A program made the translations under genes and the position numbers. From Octopus vulgaris (lineage: Eukaryota), in the NCBI GenBank assembly GCA_951406725.2, contig OX597818.1, positions 102,362,001-102,426,000 on the forward strand: a stretch of DNA of 64,000 nucleotides, written 5' to 3'. Below are positions 1-13,216 of this stretch, in pieces. Position 1 is the stretch's first letter. Each line of letters begins with the position of its first letter. Under the pieces are notes generated by a model. The model was not told the origin of the DNA, ran no database searches, and saw nothing but the letters and a program-made list of their open reading frames with translations.

Positions 1-280
1 ATAGTTGTAAATATCAGGGTGAATGTGAATGATTATTGGAAACGCATATATCCACAGTTTGTTCAAGTCCAATCTTGAAAGGTTATTAACGAAATAAATA
101 TTTTAATTATTTTCTGGTTTTTGCACGTCATTTCAAAATTTCTAGTACATTGACTCCACATTTGTATCGAAAAAGAAACTGTACATGCCCACTTACCTAC
201 CATATATAATTATGTATGCTTCGATATGTACACATATGAGTATGTTTCTGTATGCATATGCATATATATCCGTTGTATGC

Positions 281-548
<268 letters not shown>

Positions 549-870
549 AGTATTTAAGGTATAATCTGCGTATATTCCACTGACGAATCAAACTATATTT
601 CTATGCATCCCTCGAAATCTAGATCTGGAATCAACCAATAATTTTTTCCTAGTTTATATTGTCACTTTGTCTTTCCTCCTCATGTTGTATGAATATTTGA
701 TGTGATTTTATAGTCAAGCTTTGACTACTATGTCTAGCATGGTACTATCTTAGAGATACCCTTAATTATAATTTAAGTAATGATTATTGCCTATAAGATT
801 TTTATTCTCGTGCTAGCCACATGATATAATCGGTTCTTACTTTTTTACTATAACGATCTGATCCTTATTC

Positions 871-1204
871 ATATATATATATATATCTATATATATATAC
901 GTATAAGTGTATATGTACATATCTACATATATATTTATATATATATATGTATATGAACATACACACACGCACACATACACACACATATATATATATATAT
1001 ATATATTTATACATATATATACATATATATATATTTATATTTATACATATATGTATATGTATATATATATATATGATAAATATATATGTATATATTTATA
1101 TATACGTATATGTATATATATTGATAAATATATATATATATATATTTATATATACATATATGTATATATATATAAATATATACATACATATGTATATACA
1201 TATC

Positions 1205-1260
<56 letters not shown>
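871..1260. repeat. Compound (TA)n/(CA)n/(TG)n microsatellite
   Basis: Directly visible low-complexity dinucleotide tract. Confidence 0.9.
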
Positions 1261-1261
<1 letters not shown>

Positions 1262-2346
1262 CTGTATGGGTTTATATATGTATGCATGTATATAAAACAT
1301 GTATAAAGCGTAAACAACATAAATAACCTGCAGCTGTAGCGTTGAAAATATTCACAAATGGAAATTTATTTTTTGATATATCCATTAAAACATATTGACA
1401 TAATTTTCAATTAAGGTTAACAACCTGTGTTATGCAAAGAAGAGTAAGTAAAAAATTGATTATCGCCCGTGGGAAAGCAGCAGTGCAGACTGTAGCTTTG
1501 TAGTAGTATTGGAACATAAGACTTGGATTCCTTCATGTGGGTGGCATGTGAATATCCAGTAAACAGTTTTATTGAACACACACACACACATTGTTGAAGT
1601 ATGTACATACTTTCTTATACCTTAATTCAAATATATACACGTATACCTAATCAAACGCATATTTAGCTACACACACAGGCACATAGCTTATGATGGAGGT
1701 ATGCTGGATTGTTGGTTTGACTGTGGAATAATAAATTTATGAAAAAATTCGCAGTAGTATTAGGAAATGAAAAAGAAACCCAACTCGAAATTAGAGCGTT
1801 ACTTCTGCCTCACTCTGTATAGAAAATTTTTAACAGAGCCTAATGTGAATTTAAGCCAAGTTAGCCTGAAGCCTGGAGGTTGACGTTTGTTGGTTCTGTT
1901 TGTGTCACTCAATAGGGAATTATTGTTTGGGAGACTTTAACTCTATGTAAGGCGTATGCTTAACTTTAGAAAGTATATTTTTCGTTGGCCGGTTTTCTAA
2001 CACACGTTTTCGCCTGGCGAGACATGTTGTGTGATGGTCATGTATATATATATACATATAGTTATCAGTAATAATATAGGGTGAAATTAATTAATTTGGT
2101 TATCAGTAGTAATATAGGGTTATCAGTAATAATATAATGATAAATATCAATGTGAGTTATATACAGTAGCGGTAACACAACGTGACGTATTTTTGCCATT
2201 TCAATATGGCTAACCCCTAAGGGTGGATGCTACTGTAGTTTTTAGCCCCAGGAGGACACACTCCTCCAGCTGGCCATAGACACACTTTCTGTGTCCTGTC
2301 AGTATTTGCAAAGGGAAGTCATCCTTCCCGTCTTCAACTTATGATA

Positions 2347-2391
2347 CCCACGGACTCGAGTTTCGAGGTATTGACCTCTCGTCAGCGTGTG
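2347..2391 (-). ncRNA. Type I minimal hammerhead ribozyme, copy 1
   Basis: Minus strand: CACACG-CUGACGA-GAGG(ucaaua)CCUC-GAAA-C(ucga)GUC-CGUGGG; one stem I mismatch relative to the other copies. Confidence 0.85.
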
Positions 2392-2698
2392 ACAATCATA
2401 GTTGTCGCCGAGAATTAGATTTCCTTCACAAATACTTATACTTTTTCCAGCGTCCACTGTCGCTGATATTGAAAAAGTGAAATCAAACAATGATAAATAT
2501 CAATGTGAGTTATATACAGTAGCGGTAACACAACGTGACGTATTTTTGCCATTTCAATATTACTAACCCCTAAGGGTGGATGCTACTGTAGTTTTTAGCC
2601 CCAGGAGGACACACTCTCCAGCTGGCCATAGACACACTTTCTGTGTCCTGTCAGTATTTGCAAAGGGAAGTCATCCTTCCCGTCTTCAAATTATGATA

Positions 2699-2743
2699 CA
2701 CACGGACTCGAGTTTCGAGGTATTGACCTCTCGTCAGCGTGTG
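2699..2743 (-). ncRNA. Type I minimal hammerhead ribozyme, copy 2
   Basis: Intact core CUGACGA/GAAA/GUC; 6-bp stem I CACACG/CGUGUG; 4-bp stem II; palindromic stem III ACUCGAGU. Confidence 0.9.
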
Positions 2744-2933
2744 ACAATCATAGTTGTCGCCGAGAATTAGATTTCCTTCACAAATACTTATACTTTTTCC
2801 AGCGTCCACTGTCGCTGATATTGAAAAAGTGAAATCAAACAATGATAAATATCAATGTGAGTTATATACAGTAGCGGTAACACAACGTGTTGGCGAGTTC
2901 ATTGTTTAAAACTCGCCAAGAAACATTTTGAAA

Positions 2934-2996
2934 CCACCTGATGAATGACTGCAACTCAAAAATTTGATGACAGCAGACAGGAAACGATCGTAGTGG
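2934..2996 (+). ncRNA. Second, unrelated type I hammerhead (opposite polarity to the unit's own ribozyme)
   Basis: CCAC-CUGAUGA-aUGaCUGC...GCAGaCAg-GAAA-C(gauc)GUA-GUGG; stem I CCAC/GUGG; palindromic stem III ACGAUCGU; stem II imperfect. Confidence 0.7.
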
Positions 2997-3316
2997 ATAT
3001 TTTTGCCATTTCAATATGGCTAACCCCTAATACTGACAGGACACTGCAAATACTGACAGGACACAGAAAGTGTGTCTATGGCCAGCTGGAGGAGTGTGTC
3101 CTCCTGGGGCTAAAAACTACAGTAGCATCCACCCTTAGGGGTTAGCCATATTGAAATGGCAAAAATACGTCACGTTGTGTTACCACTACTGTATATAACT
3201 CACATTGATATTTATCATTGTTTGATTTCACTTTTTCAATATCAGCGACAGTGGACGCTGGAAAAAGTATAAGTATTTGTGAAGGAAATCTAATTCTCGG
3301 CAACAACTATGATTGT

Positions 3317-3361
3317 CACACGCTGACGAGAGGTCAATACCTCGAAACTCGAGTCCGTGTG
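3317..3361 (+). ncRNA. Type I minimal hammerhead ribozyme, copy 3 (inverted arm)
   Basis: CACACG 3317-22, CTGACGA 3323-29, GAGG/CCTC, GAAA 3344-47, GTC 3353-55, CGTGTG 3356-61; predicted cleavage after 3355. Confidence 0.9.
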
Positions 3362-3763
3362 TATCATAAGTTGAAGACGGGAAGGATGACTTCCTTTGCA
3401 AATACTGACAGGACACAGAAAGTGTGTCTATGGCCAGCTGGAGAAGTGTGTCCTCCTGGGGCTAAAAACTACAGTAGCATCCACCCTTAGGGGTTAGCCA
3501 TATTGAAATGGCAAAAATACGTCACGTAGTAATAATATAGTTATCAGTAATAAAAAACTTAATTTCGAAACGTACGTCCGTAGGTTACTTAATATAGTAT
3601 GATTGTCGTCATTTATTTCTCTCTTACCTGCGTTTGCCGTTTAAGTGCTGTGGTTTTACTGAGATCTCCCTTTTAGTAGAAAGAATAGCTATAACTCTTT
3701 GACTGCTATTTCTAAACTCGGTGTGTGGTGAGGCAAATCGTTGCTAAACCCTTAATTACTTAG

Positions 3764-3804
<41 letters not shown>

Positions 3805-3805
<1 letters not shown>

Positions 3806-3930
3806 AGTACCGCTGGCGATTTTTTTCCTCCGTCTTCCCTTCTTTCCTGAGCGTCCAATAATACTTTTTTTGTTCCACGTCCTCGCGTTGTTGTGTTTTT
3901 TTGTGTTTTTTTGTGTTTTCTTGTTTGGAT

Positions 3931-3936
<6 letters not shown>
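3805..3936 (+). repeat. Short interspersed repeat remnant between TA tracts
   Basis: Its 3' end matches 63826-63865 in reverse, and its 5' end (ggcgattttttcctcc) matches ~41992-42010. Confidence 0.45.
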
Positions 3937-3973
<37 letters not shown>

Positions 3974-4130
3974 CTTCGTTTGTATGACATACTTTATACG
4001 GCCCTCTTTCCAAATTCATTCTCGGAACCATAGCTTTCTGGGAATAGTTAGACTTAGATGTTCAATGTTACAGTTTACATATATGTATACATATATATAT
4101 ACATATACATATATGTATAAATATAAATAT

Positions 4131-4172
4131 ATTGCTAGCGATATTCGCTCCACAGACTGGTCCTGTTGGTGG
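4131..4172 (-). repeat. 42-bp inverted duplicate of Penelope RT sequence at the 5' junction
   Basis: Reverse complement of 4384-4425 with a single mismatch. Confidence 0.9.
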
Positions 4173-6180
4173 CAATGCAACCTCATATCGCAAATACAGC
4201 AATAACAACTGTACAGGCGCATGAAGAGAGGGAAATATCCTCAACGCCCACATGATGATATGGACAATTGTTCTGGGACCCCAGAAACGTACAGCAAATA
4301 ATTTCCAAACCTGGAACAATGATATTCCGGCACTGTATGGACTTCGCAAGGACCATAAAGTAATTACTGACTCTATAGCAGGACCACCAACAAGACCAGT
4401 CTGTGGAGCGAATATCGCTAGCAATTACAGAACCTCCTACTTCCTCTCAGTGACCATACGCCCTATAAGCTGGATGTCACATGAGGTTTGTGACAGCACA
4501 GAAGATCTCCTCAGCAGGATCAATGACTGTAACAACACTTGTGACCTGAGAGGATGTATGGTGGGTAGCATGGATGTGGTATCCCTATACCCATCGATCG
4601 ACGTAGATTTTGCGGTGGAGAAGTGCGTGGAGATGATCAACGAGAGCCAGGTGGAGTTCCGTAATGTCAACACAGAGGAACTAGGCCTCCTACTTAGACT
4701 GACATGTAATAATGAATACTTAGATAAACATAATCTTAGTAGTTTCTGCCCCAATAGATGTTTAAGAGGTAGACCGCCCACAATTACTTCTATGGCTAGG
4801 AAGACACATATAGAAAGATGGCGCGGATGGACCAGAACCACACGGAGCCCCGCAAATGTCCATCAGGTAAAGAAAATGATCGCACATGCACTAGGAGCTA
4901 GTATAAGTGTTACCATAAAAGGCCACACGTTTAAGTTTAATAATAAAATATATGCCCAGGACGAGGGGGCTTCCATCGGCGTTAGTAACCCTGGTGATGT
5001 GGCCAACCTTTTCATGGCATGGTGCGACAGAAGGCTTAAAGAACGCCAAACACAGAACTCCATACTCGTAAACATGTACTCTCACAAGAGAGTAACGTTG
5101 ATATATTTATAGAAACTAATACTATGGATAGCATCCAGCAAATAGCTAACTCAATCCACCGGAGTATTAAGGTCACAATAGACTACCCCACTAAACACCC
5201 CAACCATAGACTACCATTACTAGACACTGAACTCCGGCTAGAAATTGTGAATAACAAAACCCAAATCCTTCATTCATACTATGCACAACCTATGGCCTCA
5301 AAATACTTGATCCACCGGAGCTCAGCCATTGCGGACAATGCCAAATTCACTATTTTGATTGCAGACCTCGTCAGAATAATGAGAAATGTGTCACGCATGT
5401 GCGAGCCCACAGAGTTAATGAGACACATACAATATTTCATTCACCGCATGCAGTTCTCAGGTTACAGCTAAAAGAAAGGATCAGAGTATACAAAGGAGCC
5501 ATGAAGAAATTTGATAATATATTATGTAATAATAGGAATGGGATTTGCCCACTCTATAGGAACAAGTCATGGAACACTATAGAAAGGACAAAAAAGAAAA
5601 TAGGGAAGGCCAACTCTTGGTATGATAGCCATAAATACCAGAGTGTCATGTTCGTTGACACCACCCCTGGAGGTGAACTGGCGTACCGCTTTAGAAGAAC
5701 CCTAGACAAACTTAAACTAAGAATTAAGATTGTTGAAAAGCCAGGCAACCCTATCAAATCTATAATTGGTAGATCCTATCCTTTTTGTAGAACCCCTGTA
5801 CGGATAAGTACTGTACTATATGTAGATTTAGCCCACAAACAAACTGTAAAGCCAGAAATGTAGTCTATAGTATAAGATGTACAGAGGGACGAAGCAGTAA
5901 CAAGACAACGACATACGTAGGGGAAACGGCAAGAGGCATAGGAGAGCGGGTAAATTAACATTGGAGACAACTCAAGGAAGGTAAACGCTCATCGATTCTG
6001 TACCAACACGCCGAACAGGAACACGGGGGATCAATCAACAATATAGAAATTAAAATATTGTCCACACATAGAACAGATGCAACAATCAGACAAATTACAG
6101 AAGCTACACACATAATAGAAAATAAACCTAGCCTGAATAGAAAACTAGAATGGAGCACTAGCACACACCACAACATATGA
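4173..6180 (+). pseudogene. Penelope-like element ORF (reverse transcriptase + GIY-YIG endonuclease), 5'-truncated and frameshifted
   Basis: PLE RT motifs PALYGLRKDHK, TRPVCG, SMDVVSLYPSID, FKFNNKIYAQDEGASIG, LPLLD, IHRSSA; C-terminal NVVYSIRC...TYVGETARGIGERVNxH (GIY-YIG) and terminal PSLNRKLEW. Confidence 0.92.
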
Positions 6181-6237
6181 CGATATAGGATCCTGAAAAC
6201 ATAATAAATACACAGATAATAAACAAATAGAAATAAA

Positions 6238-6282
<45 letters not shown>

Positions 6283-6762
6283 GATTCGATTTATTATTAT
6301 TATTATTACTAGTATTGTTGTTATACATACATACAAGCATATGTAATGATAATAATAAGTGGATGTAAACACATGAACAAAATAAGAATAAACCAAAACA
6401 ACAACAATAAAAACAAAATACAAATTATATGAACGTATATAAACAGAAGATACAAATATTACAGGCATCCCCCCACATACACACACTAAATAAACATAGA
6501 CGCACATAGAGATACAAGCATGCGCAAATGAAGACATACAATAGAAATACAAAATGGCTGACGGTTAGTAAGGAGAGACACAAATAAGAAAGAAGAAAAC
6601 AAAGGACCACTGATGCGATTACAGGATTGTGACGAAAGAACTCTGTCCGAAATAAGATTAAGATTAATGTAAAAAATAAGTAACCCTGAAGCAAAATAAC
6701 ACCAAATATATAGTGCGTGTGTTTTTATTGGCTAAACCGGCAAAATGACCATTCCGAAATAT

Positions 6763-6814
<52 letters not shown>

Positions 6815-8299
6815 GAACACAAACACCCATACACATACATACATATATAAAGAGGGAGAAAGAACGAGAAAAATGGGTAAATTGATAGGTAATTGATCCA
6901 AAGATAGATAGACAGATAGAGAGACAGACAGGCAGGTAGATAGATAGATTGTTAGATACACAGAGAGTGAGAGAGTGAGAGAGAGTAAGATTGAGATACG
7001 TTTATTCATTACCATTTCGAATACACACCTTGCTTCATGGCAATTAAATATTACATCTATATATATATACGCATATACGTAATTTTCTGTGTATTGGTAT
7101 GCTGCTACATGTGTTTACTAGTTTACATCATAAGGCTTGAATGCATATATTGATATAAGATGCACTGGTGGACCCTAAATTTCGAACCATCATCAGCTAA
7201 TAACCAAATATGTCAATTCTTCCCAAGCATGTTCTTGTTTGTTATTTATGAATGTTTCACTTTAATTTATTCCCTCAGGATATTTCTATTAAATTTTTTG
7301 ACTTTGGATTGGATTTTTATTCGTTTAATGTGTTTTGTTGTTGCTTTTTAAACTAATCTTCTGTTAGTGCTTCAGAAAAAAAATGCATAATTTTTGTGTA
7401 ACATGGTATTTTGAGAAATAAAATGAAATTCTGCCATTCTTTTCGAAAAAAAAATCGTTGAACTTTACCAATATTAAGCACTTTATTTGCTGCGATCGAC
7501 AGCCAAACCACTCGTATATGGATATAAAGCTTGAACAAATATTATTATAGCAAAATGTGAAAATAAATTCAAATAAATTTCGTATTTTTGCGATCAATGA
7601 AAAATGCATTAAAAATCTTACAAAATATTTCGAAAACTTATCAGTGATCAATGACGAATTGTCATATTCTAATTCTCTCTGACATTCACAGACATTGCCA
7701 AATACATTCCCAATGATATAGAATGGAAGCACTACTGTAGAATCGGACAAAAACAAAGCAAAAATAACTTTTCTACAGGTTTAATTCTTTCAATATTAAA
7801 TTAATCCAAAAACTGACAGCAAATTCTTTTATAGTATTATTTTTGTTAATCCCCACTAAATTTTAATTTGAAATACTGTTAAAATGTTCTTGTTATAAAA
7901 TATTATTTCCTGGATTGATTATTCGGAGAAGCATTGCAACAGCGGACGGAATGCTTTATATTATCTAATTGCTTTCCTCAACATACTGGTTTCAAATTCC
8001 TCTATTTTGGATTTTCAGTTTTTATTTTCGTTCCACAAATTAGAAGTACCGGCCATACATTAGAGTATAAGTGTGTTCAAACATGATGTATATATATTAA
8101 CGTTAACATTTTAATTTTTTAATCAAATTTTTACTCCAATAGCACGTAAGTATTTGTAAGACTTGCTCACATACTGCAACAGATTATAATATGCAGTTAG
8201 GTCCGTATATTCTTCCATTCCAATGAGCCTGCAAGCATTACATATCTTTTATCTCGTATGTTTCATTTGTTTCAGTCTTGTTATTATTTGTTTAGTTTC

Positions 8300-8503
8300 G
8301 GCTCATCGTAGCACCGTCTAAAACTTTAATCGAATGTAATTATCCAAGTGCTTGCTTTTAAAACTTGGTTCTTATTCTATCGGTTTCTTTCCTCAAACCG
8401 CAAACTTACGGGGGCAGTAATCGTACTAAGACCGGGTGTCAAACGGTGGAGTCAGGTAGGGATAAGCACAGACAGAAATACATACGCATAATCATAAGTA
8501 TAC

Positions 8504-8593
<90 letters not shown>

Positions 8594-8798
8594 GTGTGTG
8601 TGTGTGTGTGTGTGTAGATAGATATGTATATATATATATATTGCGACGGGCTTCTTTCAGTTTCTATGTGTCAAACCCACCCACTAGTCTTTGGCCGGCT
8701 CGAGGATATAGTAGAAGAAATTTGCTAAATGTGGGACTGAACTCCGAATTATGTGGTTGCGAAGCAAATTTCTTACCATTCAGTCACTCATGCGCCTA
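8300..8798 (-). mobile_element. tRNA-derived SINE family A, degenerate copy
   Basis: Shares gacgggcttctttcagtttc and cttattctatcgg blocks and the head region with 9515-10116. Confidence 0.7.
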
Positions 8799-9514
8799 TA
8801 CATACTTTTACAAAGACCAGTGAATAAATTATCGAACTTGTTCTGCTGTTCTTTATCTTTAAGACAGCATGGTCGAGCACAGCTATGAATAAAGAATTGA
8901 GTCAGGATTATATAGATTCCACGATTTAATACAATCATACTTAACTTTACCTTGCGATCTTATAATTTAAGACAGTTGAATTATACAAAATAGCTAATAT
9001 TGCCCAGTGAAAGCATGTCAAAATTTCGAGTTTGTCGAAATATTTAACTGTCGTAGAAATATGTTAAAACATTTAGAGCAGCATTTGACCAATCACACTA
9101 TGGAGTGAACCTTCAAATCTGCCTAACCGGTGTCGATATCAGTTTCATTCGACCTATTTTTCTAATCTCATTGATTATATTATAACATGTACTATTTCTT
9201 AATTAATCAATGAGATAGAAAACATTTTAATATATTCTTAAAAGAGGAAAGGCATATTGGAAAAATTAAAATCGGCGTGGGCAGAGACAGAAAAATGTTT
9301 AGCGATCACAGGAAAATATCCTTCAAAATACGATACATCCTTTTCAATAATTTATTGTTTATAACCCTACAGCTGCAAGAAATATTGACAAATAAATAGC
9401 ACAAATAGACTGGACGATACAAAACAATATACATCTGTAAATATTCCTACTACGATATAGTGAAGTTATCTGTGTTTAACTGAAATCTATCAAATAGTTT
9501 TCAAGTTATACGAT

Positions 9515-9901
9515 TTTACTCTTCACTCTTTTACATGTAGTCATGCTGGAGCACCAGCTTTTAGTCGAGCAAATCGACCCCAGGACTTATTCTTTGTAAG
9601 CCTAGTACTTATTCTATCGGTATCTTTTGCCGAACCGCTAAGTTAGGGGGACGTAAGCACACCAGCATCGGTTGTCAAGCGATGTTGGGGGGACAAATAC
9701 AGACACACAAACATATACACACGCATACATATATATATATATATATATATACATATATACGACGGGCTTCTTTCAGTTTCTGTCTACCAAATCCACTCAC
9801 AAGGCTTTATTCGGTCCCAGGCTATAGTAGAAGACACTTGCCCAAGCTGCCACGCAGTTGGACTGAACCCCGAATCATGTGTTTATATACACACACACAT
9901 C

Positions 9902-9955
<54 letters not shown>

Positions 9956-10116
9956 CGACGGGCTTCTTTCAGTTTCTGTCTACCAAATCCACTCACAAGG
10001 TTTTGGTCGGTCCGAGGTTATAGTAGAAAACACTTGCCCAAGGTGCCACGCAGTTGGACTGAACCTGGAACCATGTGGTTGGTAAGCAAGCTACTTACCT
10101 CACAGCCACTCCTGCG
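9515..10116 (-). mobile_element. tRNA-derived SINE family A with internal duplication of the head half
   Basis: Minus-strand head gcaggagtggctgtgaggtaag...ggttccaggttcagtcc (A/B-box-like) followed by ccttgggcaagtg; segment ~9760-9880 repeated at ~9957-10080; multiple homologs in the window. Confidence 0.85.
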
Positions 10117-12449
10117 ACTATATAAATAATTTCTTACATTACAATCCGTGACAGTACTCATATACTAAAGTTGGAGATAGAAGCCCTGGCCATATTTTTT
10201 CAAATGAGATACTATGGCTTTTGCGAATGAAAATTTCATCGAAAAATGCATCTGTCCAGATTCCATTAGTATATATTCAGCGCGAAACGAAAACTGAATA
10301 AATGCGATATATTGTTATATATTTGTTTTCTTTATATATTGTAAGTTTCAATCTAATCGTCCAACTTCATTAAGTTAATTGTTAATTGAACCAAGTGATA
10401 ATATTTTGCTTTGTTTAAGATGCAGAAAATAATAAAGGGTATAATGTTGATCGGTACAAGGAGATGAAATGCTTCGTTTTTCAAGGGATATTCCATCGGA
10501 TATAACAACATAGCAACAGCTTCCAGTCTCAAACAAGCTTTCACCGGTGAGAATCAATTGCATTCATTTGTTTTAACACTAAGCCATCAGAACGTTATAT
10601 GCTACACCTATTAAATAATTAATTTTTCACGAATTTTCTTTTACTTCATTTTATAATCCTTGTGCTTAATGAGAAATAACGGTTTCTTTCTCATTTTCTG
10701 TGATAAATATAAAAGTTAAATAGAAAAAGCAAGCAAATTATGTTCTGGCACTTTTGTTTATTTCTTTAATGTTCATCTGCTAGTTAAATGCAAGCTGAAG
10801 CATAACTAAGTAAACTGACTTGTGTGATTATTAATATCTCAATGCATTTAATGTTTATTTACCGATTTTTCGCTATACCATAATGCTGAATTTTATGATC
10901 AATTGCTTCCATAAATATATGGAAATTAAAATTAATTAAGCTAGAGATATTATTCAAGTAACTATGATTTATAACAATTTTTTAAACTTTTATATATATT
11001 TAATTTATGAAAGATTTTAAATTAGACATTTTTTTTCTTTATTAGTTCTTCCCTATAACTAAATCGGAAGATAATGTAACGTAAAACATAAAGTAAATCA
11101 ATTAAAGAGATTTAATGTTCTACGTACATCATGTTCAACATCACGTTATTCATTTATGGAGGATTTGATTGGGTTTTTCTTATATTTAGCCGACTATTTT
11201 TTTTCTTGAGAATATAATTGCTTTGCTTTCAGTAGAATAAATATCGTGACTTTATGATCCGGTCTTGCGTAGAAAAAGAAGAAAAAGACTTATGAAATTA
11301 TTCATTTATGAATTATTCTCTTCTATTGTAAGAAACTCTTAATATCCACAACCCTCAATTTAATATATACTGCCGAATATTTTCTATCTACAAGACCTGT
11401 TCCATTTGGAGGTTAAACATTTTGATCAAGGATTTAATACATAGAAAAATGTGCATAAGTCTTGTTGCAATAAAGATTCCTTCTGTTGTTGGGGAATGTC
11501 ATGATGAACGTTTTACATACACAACGGTGTTTCTCTTGAAATTACAATTTCCATTCATACAAACAAGCATACAGATACATACACAAACACACACAAACAC
11601 AAGCACACACGCCTTTATATATGCATATGGTTATATATATATATCTGCATATATATTTATCTTTCTAAATATCTATCTATCTACCTATGCATACGTACGT
11701 ACACACACACACACACATATTACATATGATTATGCGTGTGTGATGCATACATTTGTATGAGTGTGTGTGTGTGGGAGTGTATATGTATGAATACATACAT
11801 ATTTGAGATAGTTACATAGATGGGTTGTATTGATGGAAATAGGTATATGGATATACATATAGATATATGTGTGTGTATGGGTGTATGTGTATATATTTAT
11901 AGCTTTTCCCTACATTCCACTACCAGCTAAAATGATTTATACCTAATGTACGTTAAAGTTCTGTCCCCTACTTCTAAATATTTCCCACATGATATACATA
12001 TCGTCTTAAATTGAAGATATGTATATCATGCAACTCTTCTATATCGTAATCGTTCACTGCAACTCGTCATCACATTCTGCAGCTTATATACTCATCGCGT
12101 GTATTTTGGCTGCTAAAGAAATCAAAATGTTTTCCACTTTAATTAACTATATGAAACAGTTTTCTTCCCGAGAGGTATCGTTTATAGTCATAGAAGCATT
12201 TAATCTTCTGAATCCTAGGGCCGATGTTTATATGTTAATAATCTATGTCATTAACTGCGATGCTTCTCACATTCATCAGACAATACGAGATCGGTGAGAG
12301 ATTAGGTGGACGGAAATTTAAATGCGCATGTCCGATGCACATACATTCACACACAAACATACTTGAGTGTGTGTGTATATGTGTCTTTGTTTGGGTATGT
12401 ATCTTTGTGGATTTGTGTGGATTTGTGTGTTTGTGTGTGTGTGTGTGTG

Positions 12450-12640
12450 TATGTCCTTGTGTTTGTGTTTTGCCCCTACTACCACTTGACAACCGTTGAA
12501 GGTGTTTATGCGTCCCCAAAGCTTGCGCTTCGGCAAAAACGATAGATTAAGTTTCAGACTTTCAAAAGAAGTACTCGTATAGATCCATTCATTCGACTGT
12601 AGTTTCAATATGGCGCCGCAGTAGACTGAACATGCAAAAC
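12450..12640 (+). mobile_element. SINE family A-like 3' half, degenerate
   Basis: cttgacaaccg...cggcaaaag.gatag block is the reverse complement of the family A tail. Confidence 0.5.
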
Positions 12641-12926
12641 ATACACATTAAAAGGTAACCTAAATCGCATTTTTAATAGCATTTATAACACATAGGACTA
12701 CTAACATACACGTAGCAAATTTTGGTTAGCTTAGTAAATAGCACAGCGCATCTAAATTAAGTAATTACGTCATTTGTGGTTGAATTTATTAGCTATCATT
12801 TCAATTAATTTGAGAATAACTAACATCTAGCAAACAACATGTCGTTCTGTATGGAAATTAACACTAGACAGGTGGAATAATTATGCAATTAATACAACCA
12901 CTAATCAACAAATAGAAACGAACCAG

Positions 12927-13002
<76 letters not shown>

Positions 13003-13216
13003 ATCTTTACTACACATTATCTATCCTTCCTTTTCCTTGCAATGAGGGAAAATGATTTAAAAATTATATACAAACATATAATTGTTTTCGTAACGAAGCA
13101 GAAAAAATATACGTTTAAATTAACACGTTTAATTAAATCGATAGATTTAGCAGCTAGCAAACAGTTTAGAGGGGAAAAACGAAATTCTATAAAATACTTA
13201 CTAAAATACTTACACG

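Larger units (their letters stand above)
2136..3527. repeat. Tandem + inverted array of a ~353-bp hammerhead-containing unit (Penelope pLTR / retrozyme-like)
   Basis: Unit starts (aatgataaatatc) at 2136, 2489 and 2841; inverted ~1.4 units at ~3045-3527; copies nearly identical; gttatcagtaataa repeats flank both sides (2061-2135, 3528-3553). Confidence 0.92.

Noticed and set aside
2299-3490. Repeated 63-90 aa ORF (MFDFTFSIS...)
   Set aside because: Recurs only because the DNA unit is repeated; non-ATG start, no domain, and it overlaps the ribozyme.
2136-3527. CRISPR-like interpretation of the repeat array
   Set aside because: Units are ~353 bp with no unique spacers or cas genes; eukaryotic context.
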